Shown: positions 23,947-37,346, numbered from the stretch's first letter. The stretch is 64,000 bases of DNA from Neoechinorhynchus agilis (GCA_051530055.1 CM121342.1:10183480-10247479), one strand, 5' to 3'. Notes: generated by a model from the sequence alone, not told the origin. Numbers and translations: made by a program.

Positions 23947-24316
23947 TTCCTCGAGAACGGAGGTTTGCTAGCTTATGGGTTCACGTCAAGATGCGTTTAT
24001 GTTCAATGTAGGTGAGTTTTTGTCTACTGCAATGACTCAAACCAGGATTAGTTTTCAAAGATGAATAACACGCGCACCTAATTCAACCCATGAAAAGAAT
24101 TCGCAATGAGTTTTATTTCAATATCGTAGAATCCATAGCTGTACACTCAAGTCAGAGGTCAGCCAAGTTTTCCTTAACACTTTCTTGAATCAACGCAGGC
24201 GGATCGTTATTCGTTTCCCCCTGTGACGAGTTCATTCGTGAAACTCCGGTATGTGAAATACGCCTACAACAAAAGATCTCAAGGCTTTAAGCAGAAAAAA
24301 GTCACACCAAGAGAAC

Positions 24317-24748
24317 TCATGTAATGATGACCGTTCTGATTTGATTGTTTGTCGGCAGCTTTCCAACAATGCTCTGTTTAGCTCTACCCAAGATCTGAGT
24401 GAATCTTCGAGATTTGATCGTTTGCGGACCTTCAATCGGAGGTGCTTCTGGTGCTTTATGGGTTTTAGTAGAACGCCGAGGAAGGAGTGGTACTCTAGTC
24501 GATTTCGGTTTATCCCTCGATGACTGCTTCATTGCATCATCTACTATGATTTTAGCGAGATGATGAGCATAACGATTAATCAAGTGTCTTGATTCAGACT
24601 CGAATTTATCAGGCCGTTTGGAGGCTTCACTTAAGTATGCCGGTGCCGTATCCGCACGCACCTTTCTATCCAGATCTTCAGTAGAGTTCCCGTTAGAGAT
24701 AAACTCATACTTTGACGCTGATCGAGGATGATCATCGAAAGTTTGCAT
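24317..24748 (-). CDS. Uncharacterised basic/low-complexity protein (143-aa ORF, may continue through an intron)
   Basis: Open frame from an ATG preceded by a strong polypyrimidine tract and AG. No recognisable domain. Confidence 0.5.
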   Translation of the reverse strand: MQTFDDHPRSASKYEFISNGNSTEDLDRKVRADTAPAYLSEASKRPDKFESESRHLINRYAHHLAKIIVDDAMKQSSRDKPKSTRVPLLPRRSTKTHKAPEAPPIEGPQTIKSRRFTQILGRAKQSIVGKLPTNNQIRTVIIT

Positions 24749-25049
24749 TCTTGAACAAAAAGAAGAGAGGAAAAAGATCTATGTGGAAGGTCGCTGTTCG
24801 CCTCAATTTATAGGGACATGAAAGGCAAGTGTACGAGACGTTTTCAAGTGTGTGTTTGATAGAAAACATCAAGTTTTGTCAAGTTACGTGACATTTCTTG
24901 CCAATTGTTGAGAAAATCGTCAATATGAAACTAGACATCCCACATTTTTTTTAAAAAATAGATCAGCATTTTGTACTGGGGAATGGTAATGAACCTCTTT
25001 AAGAATCTTACGGTTCACCAAAAGCAATTTGTCAATCTGGGTACTACTC

Positions 25050-25380
25050 ACAAATTGCAAAATCGATCAAAAGTATCGTTATTTGGGGTGCATAAACCGA
25101 AAATGATTTCTTGACTTCAATAGAGTAAAGCTTGTAGGGCAAACAAGCGTGAATCAACGTTTGATTTGCTAATCCTTAAAAGAAAATACTTCAGTCTGAT
25201 ACAGTTTTTAGATGTTGTGATTTGTAATATCGGGTTAAAAATCCATATGGTCCCCGAACCTCCAGAATGACGATCCTGCGTACCCGAGCCATTCAATACA
25301 AAACGATTAAAATCTTTTTGGATCCCGAAATATTTCAATAAAATATAATTGACGAAACCTTCTAAAAGATTAACTGCCAT
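25050..25380 (-). CDS. Uncharacterised small protein, probably spliced
   Basis: ATG ORF MAVNLLEGFVNYILLKYFG. A phase-1 GT-AG intron to ttttaag|ga tta gca continues into GLANQTLIHACLPYKLYSIEV, followed by a GTGAGT donor near 25051. Confidence 0.35.
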
Positions 25381-26358
25381 ATTTCACCACTTGGAAATTC
25401 GAAATCAAAAATAATAAAATGAATTGTACACGAAAAGTCAAATATTTCATAATTATCAGAAAGTTGTAAGTCGGCTGGCTAGAGAAGTTCGTTTGCGATG
25501 TGTTATAAATCTAGTCGGTGGGACAAAGAAGGATGATCCTAATAAAAAATATTTTGATAATGAATTTAATAAATCGAACTGAACATTATTGCGTTAGTAG
25601 TTATTGAATCGCTAACTATTTCTATCAAACTAAAAATCGGAATTTAGTTTTAAGGACCAAAATGGACGAAGAAAAGAATTTATAATTATGATCTAATTTG
25701 CCTATTAGTGATTTAAATTCAAAAAGTCCAAATATATATTGTAGCCTCAAGAATCAGTGCGTCTACTGCAAGATACACCATCAAAAAATGCTATATTTTT
25801 TCTGGGTTAATAAAATATTTGGGGAATGTCTCTAGCGACGTTTAGAGGAAAAATAGCTTCCGGAAAAAGTACACTCGTTACTTGTGTTTCCAGTCGCTAA
25901 AACGGAGAGATCAGCAACCCGAGCTTAAGATCCCTTTCGATTTTACGATTAAATTTCCTTGAATGGAAAATCACGTACAAAATTGAGGTGCTCACAGTAT
26001 CGCTCGAACATTGACTGATGCGAAATTGAGAGTGTATATTTCACTATTTTCTTATTATTTTTCATTGCATCTTCGGAGTGATATTTTAGTGCCACATTCA
26101 TCGGGTAATCGGTGCGTAACCGAAAGTGTGTAATCGCATCATATAAAATAATCAATCGAAATCATCAAGAGAAAATACTTGGGATCATAATGCCGGATAC
26201 TGATGAGGTGAGGTTTCTTCGAAAAAATATTTAAATAAAATATGCTTTATCAGGTGGTTTATAATCACCACACATCTCCAAATCATTCGAAAGTTTACAC
26301 GAGTTTATCATAGATTACTTCAATTTGTTAAGCTAAAAACTATATTTAGAATGGAGCA

Positions 26359-26843
26359 ATATCTTTATTTTGTGCTACGACATTAATTTTAGTTTTTAAA
26401 AAAACATGAAGAGGTTGTAGTGCTCGTAAAAGTTATTGGGATCACTACTTTGGTCTTTAAAAACAAGAAGCTTGAAATCATTTGCCAATTTAAAAAATTT
26501 TCATGAAACTGACAAAAAAATTGAAAGATTCTAAATTCCTAATTAACTTTTATTCAATCACAAACTCGATATCTTTATTTTGTGCTACGATATTAATTTT
26601 ATTTTTTTAAAGGAAACATGAAGAGGTTGTTGTGTTCGTAAAAGTTATTAAGATCGCTAATTTGGTGTTTAAAAACAAGAGGCTTGAAATCGTTTGCTAA
26701 TTTAATTTTTTTTCACGAAATTGACAAAAAGATTGAAAGATTCTAAATTCCTTTTTAACTTTTATCCAATCAAAAACTCGATATCCTGATTTTGTACTGC
26801 GATATTAATTTTAGTTTTTTTAAGGAAACATGAAGAGGTTGTG
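26359..26843. repeat. Tandem repeat of a ~210-bp unit, 2.3 copies
   Basis: atatc(t/c)t..ttttgt(g/a)ct.cga.attaatttt...aaacatgaagaggttgt starts at 26359, 26569 and 26781. Confidence 0.9.
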
Positions 26844-27700
26844 ACCGAGACGGAGAGTTGACTTTCACAATTATATTGCATTTGTTCAAAATAAAATTTG
26901 TTGATCAGGCACACCGAAAAAAATCGAAGTTCTGGACGTTTTTCAGCTTAATAAATAGTCAACGGTTTGAACAAAAGTTTGAAAGCAATCTAAATGCATA
27001 CAACGCAGTTACGTTTTGCTTCTGAGAATCGTACCAAATTTTTCTACTCCATCATTTTTTCTGTGACTGAATTAAGGTCGTATTTGCTTTAGAATTATGC
27101 AGGTTGTCAAATAGCGTACCGTAAAGACTATCCTAAAAGTACTCCATCAGTTACATACACATTATTGCATAAACGAAAGTTAAAGATCGCGGCTGTCAAG
27201 TTTTGGTTGAATACACGCTTGGGATTATATTAATAGCTTTCTTGGACATAAGGGAGAATCTGTCAACACTGACACATTGAAGAGAAACAAGAGTTCCTTA
27301 AGTATACTTTTACATCCTCTTCATATTACTCTGTCGCTTTATAGGTTATTTGAGTCTAATGGAACTTACAAGCTATAACTCATGGACGTCTCTCAAACTA
27401 TACGCTTTTGCTAGTTCAAGCAGCTTTGGTTATTGAATTAATAAATGCTTTTTGATTAATATTGAAGTTTTTAAAGGCGTTATGAAGTTGGCAATGGGTT
27501 TTAGCGGATATAGTAATCTTTACAGCTCATATTTATACTCATTTCGACATATGTCGTCGGCAAATAGTCAATTGCATGTTGAAAATAGGAAATTGGTTTT
27601 TAAAATGCTATTAAAAATAAGACAGCTACGCTACATTTCAGATTGATTCACCAGGCTTCACGCTTTAGGCAAAAGCACTATATTATACGCTAAAACCACA

Positions 27701-29657
27701 TCACTTGCTTGGACGTCCAATCACATTGGGAACATACAAGGGAATCACGCAATCTCTCACGTTCTCTAATGACGCTAATTGTTGATTCAGCACTTTCTCA
27801 GCCTTATTAATCAAATCAAGCTTCGATTCTGGTTCAGAATGTCCATTTGTCTTTAAAGTGCTACTCAATTTCTTTTTTCTGTTAAGATCCTGAATCATTT
27901 TCTCCTTTCGTTGTATGTCAACCTGCATTCGTCTGAACTTGTCTTCTAAACTTTTGATCTTGGATACAAGTTGGGCTTCTTTAGATTTGTCTTGTGAACA
28001 GTTTGGAGGTGATTGGATCTTACCACGATTGCATCTTCTCATACATGGTTGCGAGTTATTGGACGGTGTCAAAATCGGATCTGCAGTTAATGATGTATTC
28101 GTAAAGACTTGTTTCTGATTTCGATAGTATGATCAAGAATAGAATTTATACCAAAAGCTGCCTACTGCGAAGGCAAGGATTTCGGGATTGTTGCTTCATT
28201 CGGGAAACGGAATTTTATATATTTGGGTTGAAAAATAACACCTTCATTCGGTCGAAACAAATGGGGATTAATTTTTTGTAAATTAATTAGCGTCCATTAC
28301 CCGAAACTCCAATAACCTAGAGAGAGTTTGGTTAAATTATAGATCCTTGCGAGAAAATGTTTTGATTCAAAATCCAATAGAATGTAAAGTTAGCTCGGAG
28401 CACAAAAATGCCTAAAATTATCAGAATACTCAATTATTCCAAACCAATCAAAGATACATATTGAACGTTAATAAGTTAATGAAAGGTGTGCTGTTAAGTA
28501 CAAGTAGACGAAATTGTAGAACTGCAAAGAATATTCTGTGAAATTATTGACTTTTCACGCGTTTGTTTAAAGAAACTATAGGAATTATTGAATTTATATG
28601 TATTTCAAGCACGTGTTGGAGGTTTTAAAATCTTAGATTTTACTGCTGTACATCTTATTTGTCAATTATAGTCATATAAATTGATAAAAAATTAAATTTT
28701 TCAATGATAGTGACAATAAAATCAGAAACTAGTTGACGTTTCTCAGTGGTAGAGTACTCACTGTATGGTTCACGACTGCGAACCACTTCTATAAGTGGTT
28801 TAACCATTTCCATTAAATCTGTACGATTATGTCTACTCGTCAAATTTGCATTATTTTTCGGCATACAAGTTGATTCTGCCTCCAAATTTTCCTTCATTAC
28901 GGTTGGCTTAAAAATTAACGGTTTCGTGCCAGTGATTTCATCGACAAGTCTTTGTGATCGAGTCTGTTAATCGGACAAAATAATAAATTATTATTGACTT
29001 AAGCACCGAAAATACAAACCACAGTCTGCTTAAAAGCACTCAATGTTCGTTTTGAGAGATCCACCAAAGTGGACGCGCGTTTAATATCGTTCAGAACAAT
29101 TACTGTCTCATTCTTTTGCAATCGGCCAGGAGCTCGTTTCTCCATCCAAATCTTTTGATTTCAGAAAAGGTAACATGAGTAGAGAATCCGAGATTGCAAA
29201 CATACCTCGACGGATCGTTTCAGCCTTGTCTTCTCTTCATCTATTTTTTTTAAAGCACGTCGTTTCATAAGTTGACGATTTCGGTGTTGTAGAGATGTTG
29301 AACAATGGGACAACATCCTCGTATATAGAAAACTTTTTGATCATAAAAAATGTTACCTCAGTAACGATCCTGGCATAAATCCAAGATGGAATAATTCGAG
29401 TATGAATCCATTTTAAATGTCAATATTTCATAGCTGAATACGAGCGTCAAATCACAAATGAACCATTAAGCAATTCATAGAAAATCGTCTTAGGTGTCAG
29501 AAGTAAAGTGCTAACTTTCTGTACAAAATCTAACCTTCCTTTTCCTAATTTCAGTGACTTTTAGAGAAAAGCATTTAAAAGTGTCGAAACTTGGACAAAA
29601 AAAGATTTTCGTATATTAATGAACAAAGATAAAACAATGTTTATTTTCTTTCCTCAT
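27701..29657 (-). CDS. Uncharacterised multi-exon protein with a C-terminal coiled-coil-like region
   Basis: GT-AG-joined exons were traced from ATG ~29657 (MRKENKH...QLMKRRALKKIDEEKTRLKRSVE...) to the 28072-27701 ORF (KIKSLEDKFRRMQVDIQRKEKMIQDL). The middle exons (28260-28650) are unresolved, and this could be two genes. Confidence 0.55.
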
Positions 29658-31627
29658 GAACACTCGAGTTCTGAAAGGATAAATGAATGTGGCCGTATAT
29701 TTTGGAGTGGATTACAGATCAGGTTGAATGGGATATTTGGTCGGAATTTTAATGCGAAAAATTCAACTAGCAACTTACTAAAATCTTATTGATGGTTTAA
29801 CTTAAAATAGAGTTAAAATAAAAAACAGCATCTGAAGGTTAATAGCTATGAGAAAATATAATTATCCATTTAGAAGAGTCTTTTAGATTTCATAAAAATA
29901 AAAAATAAGCATAAAGCGATTACGTGGTTTGTGTTTCCGCAGCTTTTTTTGACTGAAACCACATTAATAAAAGGGGATTAAAATTTCAAGGAAAAAAATT
30001 CAACGATTCGGCAATCTTTTAGTTGGTATCCAGGGAGAGAATGCAATTCAAAATTTCGATTTTAAGAGTAATTAAAAAAATTTAAAGTCGCATCGAACCT
30101 TTAAGTTTCAAAATAATAAACAGTGGAGGTTTGTGCTTCAACAAATAAACGTGTTATTATTACTAAGCTCATAGATTTAAAAAATCATTTCGATAGCACC
30201 TAAGCATAATGCAATGTTAATATCGATTTCAAGCGAAAAAAATTAAATTACTATTTAGAAACCTCAAATACCACGACATTAAAAAACAGATTAGATTTTA
30301 GTTATCATAAGAAAACGGCGATACAAAGATCATTAAAATATATTTAAAAAACTTAAAATCCAGATAACGATATGAATTTTGACGAGTTATCGATCAGGAT
30401 CATGCCCAGCCGAGTCTGATAAGTTTGAGATCTTTTCAATCGCAAAATTGATAAAGGTTCGACGTTTTTTTTAACTGTTCAAAAGATATTAATTAGAACT
30501 TACCAAAAAACACCAAAAGACAAAAAAACCCACAATTTAAGAAATAAATCGAAGCATAAATTCGGATAATAAATTTAAAAAAATTAATATTCTTATCCGG
30601 ATAAGAATTTCTGCAGCAATTTCTTCCATGATGATGTCCGGACTTACCAAAAATAAACACACGTCATCAAAGTTAACATTTTAGCCTTTAATTAATTATT
30701 AAATTTTCTGATTTTAAATTACATTTAGAATTTTTAAGAAACGTGATAAAGCCGCCATTTTAATAAAAAAAGGTAGATCTTCCTAATGACTCAAAGATTT
30801 GCGCTAAAAATTTAGCATTGCCTATTACCGAAAAAAATGTCGGTTCGATTTTATGTTTATAAACTAACTTCAACCTTTTCTTGTTAAACCATCTTAACTT
30901 TTCCTCAAATTTAAATTTCTGCTCTTACCATTCTCAAACATAAAAATTTCGTTGATTAAACACCTTCTAGAATTTTTCCAACCAAGTCAAGCTGGAAAAG
31001 TTCAACTTTTAAGACTAGCATTTTTGCTGAATAACGATTCTGTAAATTCATCGCCGGATAATTTTCTAGCTTTTGTACCGAGGCAAAGTAACGACCACAC
31101 TTAAATAACCAACTCTTCTATGATCTTCAAACGCAAAACTCATTTGCTTTTTTAATTTGGTCCTTCGTCAAAATTTATTGTCTACAAAGAAATGCAATAT
31201 TAATCCAAATTCATAAACGTAAACTCATTAAAAAGTTTTTGCCTAAATTACCGAGTTGAAAAAGCAACTATGACTTGTCCTTAAATATAGAGCATTGATA
31301 TTAAATTAAGGCTTAAAATCAACTCAGTTTTTTCAATGTTTTGCATTCTTTTAATATAATTAATCCACTTTAACATGACTAAAATATTTGTTAAAGTCAA
31401 ATAATAAAATGGTGAATTTCGAAGTGAATATAAGGCTAAAAAGTGCAATTTAACTATTTAGAAATATGTTTGAATCATTTAAATACACAAAAAAATCTTG
31501 GCATTGTTTTTATACGCTAACTGGATTTTTAAAATTAAGATTTCATAATAAACATTACTTAAATGCACAATTCGCTTCTTCATATTTTATAATTTATCAA
31601 TTCTCAGTCAATATTTATTGTAAAAAC

Positions 31628-32944
31628 TCACGAGAAGCGCACCAAATCTAATCGATTTAATTTTGCTTTCATTTCAATTTCCGATTCGATGTTCTTTAAT
31701 TTATCATATAGATCATTAAACGCATCTTCTATATTTTCAATTATCCGATCAAAATGCCGGCGCTCATTCACTGATCGCCCGACGTTATAAAAGTATAGCG
31801 GTTCCTCTACATTAATAAAGGAACTCGCCAACTTTATCTTGCTTGCATATTCTTGAACTTCTGGATCGCTTAGGTGGTACTTTCGTCCTGAACGAACTGA
31901 GATGACAATTTGGTCATAATCGAAATCTTTGTAGTAGAGTAGAAAATCGTGAAACAAACTTCCAAGACACTGTTTGTTTTGAGATTTCCATCCTTTGTCA
32001 GGAATAATCTTGTCGAGATCCGAATGTTCCTTTGCTAGTTCTTGGCAAGTTCGACTAAAGCTGAACATTTCTGGCCATAACCTTTGAAGACACGGTAGCA
32101 CCGGTGGATCGCATGCAAATTGAAAGAAGTGGATCGCCAAAAGACAAAGTGCATAGCTCGATAAAGAATGATTTTTTGGGTCATTAATGTCAATGCTGCA
32201 TGCCCATTGTTTAAGAAAAAACAAAAATGGGCGAATTCGTCGGTCACAGGCGTAATAAGCAGCCATCAGATGAGTGTTTCGTACTGAACCTACGCTGTTA
32301 ATGTTCAAATCAAAATCGAACGAATACTCTTCATCTACATTGTTGACATATTGTTTTGTTGTCCAACGGAACCACAAAATTGGCACAGTAGCCGGAATAA
32401 CTCTTTTTAGAGTGACCGCGTGGGTCGCATTCAAAGCGTTCCGGATCCTGGTTAGCATTTCTATCGTTTTTGAACGAGTCAGTTCGTTGAGATTATCAAT
32501 TTGGAGTGTAAGGTCAACATCACTTGCGTCTTTAGCAAGACCTGTCATCATTGAGCCACATACGTAAAGTGAAGATCCTGGGAATGCTCCCGTCGTTATA
32601 AAAGATACTGCGTTAATTATACTCCTTTTTTCGCAAAAGATCTCATAACTCATTTTGTTGTATTCGTAAAATTTAATGATCTCGTCATTAAAGCATTTCA
32701 ATATGAATTGAGAATCCAGAACTTTTGTACATTTGTCGTGATTTAAGTGATTTGTACCAGAAAAATCATTATCGATAAGTGCTAAGCTTCCGTTGATGAC
32801 TTCAAACGCAATTTGCTCATAATCGTCTTCGATTTCACCTGCTTTCCGATCACCAGATTTTACTTCATTCCTCGAAGTATACAAGTGTTCGCCAGTAAAT
32901 ATAAATACGGGTACATTTTTGCCGCTATCTGAACTGAAATCCAT
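31628..32944 (-). CDS. Cid1/GLD-2-family non-canonical poly(A) polymerase / terminal nucleotidyltransferase, intronless, 438 aa
   Basis: Pol-beta motif GSMMTGLAKDASDVDL, third Asp in FDLNIN, LSSYALCLLAIHFFQ, and PAP-associated NVEEPLYFYNVGRSV. There is no His before NVGR, so it looks GLD-2/TENT2-like rather than TUT4/7-like (inference). Confidence 0.88.
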   Translation of the reverse strand: MDFSSDSGKNVPVFIFTGEHLYTSRNEVKSGDRKAGEIEDDYEQIAFEVINGSLALIDNDFSGTNHLNHDKCTKVLDSQFILKCFNDEIIKFYEYNKMSYEIFCEKRSIINAVSFITTGAFPGSSLYVCGSMMTGLAKDASDVDLTLQIDNLNELTRSKTIEMLTRIRNALNATHAVTLKRVIPATVPILWFRWTTKQYVNNVDEEYSFDFDLNINSVGSVRNTHLMAAYYACDRRIRPFLFFLKQWACSIDINDPKNHSLSSYALCLLAIHFFQFACDPPVLPCLQRLWPEMFSFSRTCQELAKEHSDLDKIIPDKGWKSQNKQCLGSLFHDFLLYYKDFDYDQIVISVRSGRKYHLSDPEVQEYASKIKLASSFINVEEPLYFYNVGRSVNERRHFDRIIENIEDAFNDLYDKLKNIESEIEMKAKLNRLDLVRFS

Positions 32945-33489
32945 TGAAATCCAAAAAGTTATGATGCACGAACAGCTTGAGCCTCAAGGCAAAAATGAGC
33001 CATTTAAAACGTTCACAAATAAATCCTCGTAAAACCATTTGTTTGCTATTTTTTGTACACAAATGTGCACGTGATATTTTAAAATATTTCTTAAGCAATG
33101 ATTTTTTATTGAGTAAATTGTTGCTTATATTTTCACCTTAAATCAGCATTATGGAAACTTCTGGTGCTCGTAATTCGATGCGGCTTTATTCGTAAATATT
33201 CTAATCGATGTCGAACGATTGCTTCTTTTTTTGCAAAAAAAACAATCATATAAAAATTGTTTACTAGTTTACGGAATCCATTTGGGGGGAAACGTTTTGC
33301 ATGAGCTCTTAAAATCGTTGCTTAATATTTGAGCTTTTTTATGTGACTTCAAATTGTTTTAATCAAAATGCAAAAGTTGCCTTTTTTAAAGCTTTTATAA
33401 ACTTTAAAAAATCATATTTCCGAAGTCTTTTTGTCCTGATAATTGGTAGAAAATGCACCTTAATGAGTTTTCATAAGATAAGATAAAAA

Positions 33490-34031
33490 TTAATCATGGC
33501 ACAGAGCATTGTGTGAAATCTCTATACCTCTCAAAGCACAAGAAATAATTTTATTTAAGTTATCAAGACCCGAAATCAAACTACGTTCATATTCTGAAAT
33601 TACCGAGCAAAACTTTATAATCATGCTGCAAGACGCTTGTATGGAGATGAGGCCTGCGATCATTTTTCGATACTGGTTTCCAAACAATGTAGATTATTTT
33701 TCGATACAATAAGTGTATGGCACAAAATTGTTATTGCAAACATTTGAACAGCCAGTAGAATTATAAAAACTGCCGAAGTAAAAAATTCCACCAATGTTAC
33801 GTGCGTTTGACCAATGGCAAAATATAACAAACACGGAAAAGTGAATAAAAGGATCCCGAATATACTGCCTAAGAGAACAATTTTATGTTGAGTAATATAA
33901 CCTCTAGTCGTAAGTTTCATTCTCAAATGTTCACCACAAAGAAGAGCGAATAAAACTCGAATGTTAACTAAAGGAGTATTTCTGATTGAAGAGTTTATTA
34001 TATGCATTGAAGTGAAGATTTTGTGTGTCAA
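33490..34031 (-). CDS. Uncharacterised multi-pass membrane protein, probably 2 exons (35-nt GT-AG intron 33707-33673)
   Basis: Hydrophobic 123-aa ORF. Splicing at 33707-33673 joins it in frame to the 33490-33687 ORF, adding another hydrophobic segment. Confidence 0.5.
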
Positions 34032-34735
34032 TGAGACTATATGCTTTTTTAACTAAAGGTTTGGATATTTTTTAAGCGAATAAGTTGAGAATTAATGAGC
34101 TCGTGTCGAGTAGTAAAATGATTTCTATAATTTTTACAACTATCGATAAAATTTCAATTTTCGAGAATTACTGCATTCGTGTTAAATTGAAGTTTTAAAA
34201 AATGCGGTAATACGATTTAGATAATTTTTAAGTGACCAAAACTAAAAACGACCGATAGGATTCGAACCGTTTTTGACACGTTTGTGTAGAATAAAAAATG
34301 AGGTAGTTAAATTAAAGAATAAATTATTTCTTAACATGATTTTTTAAAATGAAACATATCAAATTCTCTTCTATTATCAAATATTTAAAATTAATCACAC
34401 ATAATTAATATTTTCAATTCGTTATATATAAATTTCAGCAAAAAAGGCCATTAAAAGTTAAAATTGAAGCCGACAAAACACCCATCAATTCTTTTAAATT
34501 AGGCAAAAATGTTTTAGCTTTAATTTCAGATAGTCTAGTTCACCCCATTTAGTCTCATTGGATACGCAATACAAATAAGTTCGATTATTGCAAAGCATAT
34601 AAGAACCCATTTGTTCGCCAAGATAAGAATTTGAACAGATAAAAGAGATCGTACTTGATCATCCAGTGACGCCCTGGTCGATGAAATCATCTAGAATGCA
34701 AATATTATTGCATGAATAAAGGAACAAAGGTGAGA

Positions 34736-37346
34736 TTAATTCCGTGTATCGCTCCCAGATGTCCACGTAATTGCCCATTTTAAATCAATCAATAAAAACT
34801 TTAAAGCTTTGCACCACTTCTCCTCCTTGTCACCTCGGTATCTAATTTTTCGCGTGATGTAACAATTGAAACTCATTAATCCAAAACGGAAAAACCTTAT
34901 AGAAAAACTGGATTTACTGGAATGATCGCAAATCGTGTCCTTGTCGATGGAGTAGGGAAATACAAATATTGAATCCTTTGAGTTGATGTTGTCTATTATC
35001 TAAATGATGTGGAATATGAATATTTAGGAAGCGAATTGTAATATCGAAAAAATAAATATGACGCTTTGAGTCACGTCTCAACTTTTCAATATATATTTTA
35101 TTGATGTCTTGGATTATTATCTACATGGCAAAAGATACTTTATTTTGGTAGTTTTGCCACCCCGGATTTAAGTTCACTAATTTATTTCCGATATTTCGTC
35201 GGATAATCAAATTTGCGAAACAATGGCAAATCTTGATAATGTCGTAATTATCAGACGAAATATCGGATGGCAAAACTACCAAAAGAAAGCATATTTTATA
35301 ATTATTCGGAATTAGAAAAATAAGGTGCTGTGCAGTATACGATTTTAGCATTAATGGGAAAGTAGGTTATAAAATTTAAAGGATGAAGAAAATCATAATC
35401 GGTAAGATTTGAAATGCATTTAAGAGAATAATGTGGCATTCAAGTTTTTTGTACTGAAGCACCTAATCCGTTAGACGCACGTCTCAAAAAATCTCAGACA
35501 TTCCTGATCTACATTTAAATTTAATCCTGCGCGTTGAACGAAATACAAAATATGTATATTTCTAAAGTTCAGAATTTAGCTGCTATACAAAAAAATATTA
35601 TTTTAAAATCAAAACATAATTTTCATCGGCGAATATAGAAAACGTTTCTTGGGCGATTTGGTTTATTTAGAAAATAGCGCACGAAACTACTATTCGAAAT
35701 AGAATCGTTTTTGTTAATATCAATTAATGAAAAGGTCGTATTACTTAAACTATTTTATCTGGAATCAAACCTGATTTACGCAATCCAAAAGCCCGCAGAG
35801 TGCATTGTCGAATCTAAAATTAAAAATAAAAAGCATCCCAATGAAAGAGTACCGACTTGGAAGTCCAAACCAATTTTCGGTGTTTATTGTAAAGAGGATA
35901 CACTTGTACTATCGGAGTAGTGGTTTCAACGTATGAAAGATCAACATATGGGACAATACGATAACTAAAATGTTGTTAATGACCGTAAAATGACCATTAG
36001 CGTTATCGTCTTACCGTTCAAATTTCGGAATTTTAATTTCACGAGCAAGTGAGTTTACCAATAAAGCAACATAACCAAGACCCAGGTTTATTTCCGGCCA
36101 TGGAACGTCGATTCCTGGCAAAGTTCCCAATCTACAACCATTTATAACACCAAAATGTTCATCGTGTCTAAAATGTTCGAGTAACAAAACGTGCATCCAA
36201 ATAAGTCACTTACGTTATCTCAAATGCAAGATTAAGTACATTAGTTCGCTCAAGCGTATCCAATCGATATTTAGCATAATACATTTCCTTTGTTAGATAC
36301 AATTGTTCTTCGTTTTGTTCATATTTCAAACGCAGCAAATTATTTCGTTTTATTAGCTCAGCTTCTGTAGGTGCATTGAGCGATTTGTGAGAATTACTTT
36401 CCGTTTCAACATTAGCATCATCACATGGATAGGTCATTGTGCTTTTTTCTACCTTTTGAACAAAATCAGAAATTCGACTAGTATTTTCTGTCGCTTCGAG
36501 AAAGGTTCTAAATAAAACATCATTTATGGGCGTATTTAATTTAAATAAACGAAGTTCAGAATAAATTTTTATTCTAATCGAACCGCTTTGAGTGAATAAG
36601 TACGAGCGTTTCGTTTTAAACCAAAATGCACGTGAGCGTGTATAACTTTTTTAGATGAAGTTGTCAATGCAAATTATTCTAATTTTATGAGATTTATCCG
36701 CTTCGAAGCGAAACGAAAAACTTTTCAGCATTCAAAAAACAAAAGTACTCTTAATGCTAAATCTAAATAATCTCCAGGTAACAAATTATAAAATCTTATA
36801 CTATTAATACATAGTAGGAAAATATAAAACAAGGGCAAATAATTGAGTTCATTTAAGACTTAATTCCATTCTTCTAAAAACCAAGTGGGAAGCGCTCAAA
36901 CAAAATTATATTGACTTTTGTGTTAAAAACGTACTCATAATTTTTAACGTCGCATTGCATTTCATCAAGCTTATCCCTCAAAACGTCGGCCATAGTGTCA
37001 GCACAATCCTGAGCGATAAATGCATAAACAGGTCCACCTATTGATTTACCTGACAAATGAATTCGACATCAGTGAGATCAACTGAGAGATTTTTAAGAAA
37101 TTCCTCCTAAATATGAAATACATGGATGAACAACGCCTATGAGTTAAACACGCATACAACATTATCTACCATATCACAAACACTAGAAACTATTGACATT
37201 GTGGAATCAAATGATTGTGGCGGTAGTGTACACGACGGAATGCGAGATTCATTCAGAATAGGAGACATTGCATTCGTATCAACTTCGGATTCCGTAGGTT
37301 TCACTGCCTTGGATAGAATATCGTTGCAATATCTACAGCGTTGCAT
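34736..37346 (-). CDS. BECN1: Beclin-1 / Atg6 homolog, ~9 exons with GT-AG introns
   Basis: FICQDCADTM, coiled coil, NVLNLAFEITHDEHFGVINGCRLG, WPEINLGLG, FDNALCGLLDCVNQ, FPYSIDKD and EEKWCKALKFLLIDLKWAITW match the BARA/ECD domain. Stop at 34738-34736. Confidence 0.93.

Noticed and set aside
25827-25900. Plus-strand GKIASGKST P-loop-like peptide
   Set aside because: It stops after ~24 codons and no in-frame continuation or Walker B could be built. Probably chance or a remnant.
28258-28299. Hairpin aatggggattaatt/aattagcgtccatt with TA on one side
   Set aside because: TA-register excision is out of frame, the host protein is unknown, and the stretch may lie inside a normal intron.
29365-29465. 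aatgg-repeat-bounded non-canonical intron candidate
   Set aside because: A canonical phase-1 GT-AG intron (aat g|gttca...gccag|ga) joins the frames.
34245-34275. ggttcgaatcc T-loop/B-box motif on the minus strand
   Set aside because: No D-arm, anticodon arm or acceptor stem, so it is not a tRNA.
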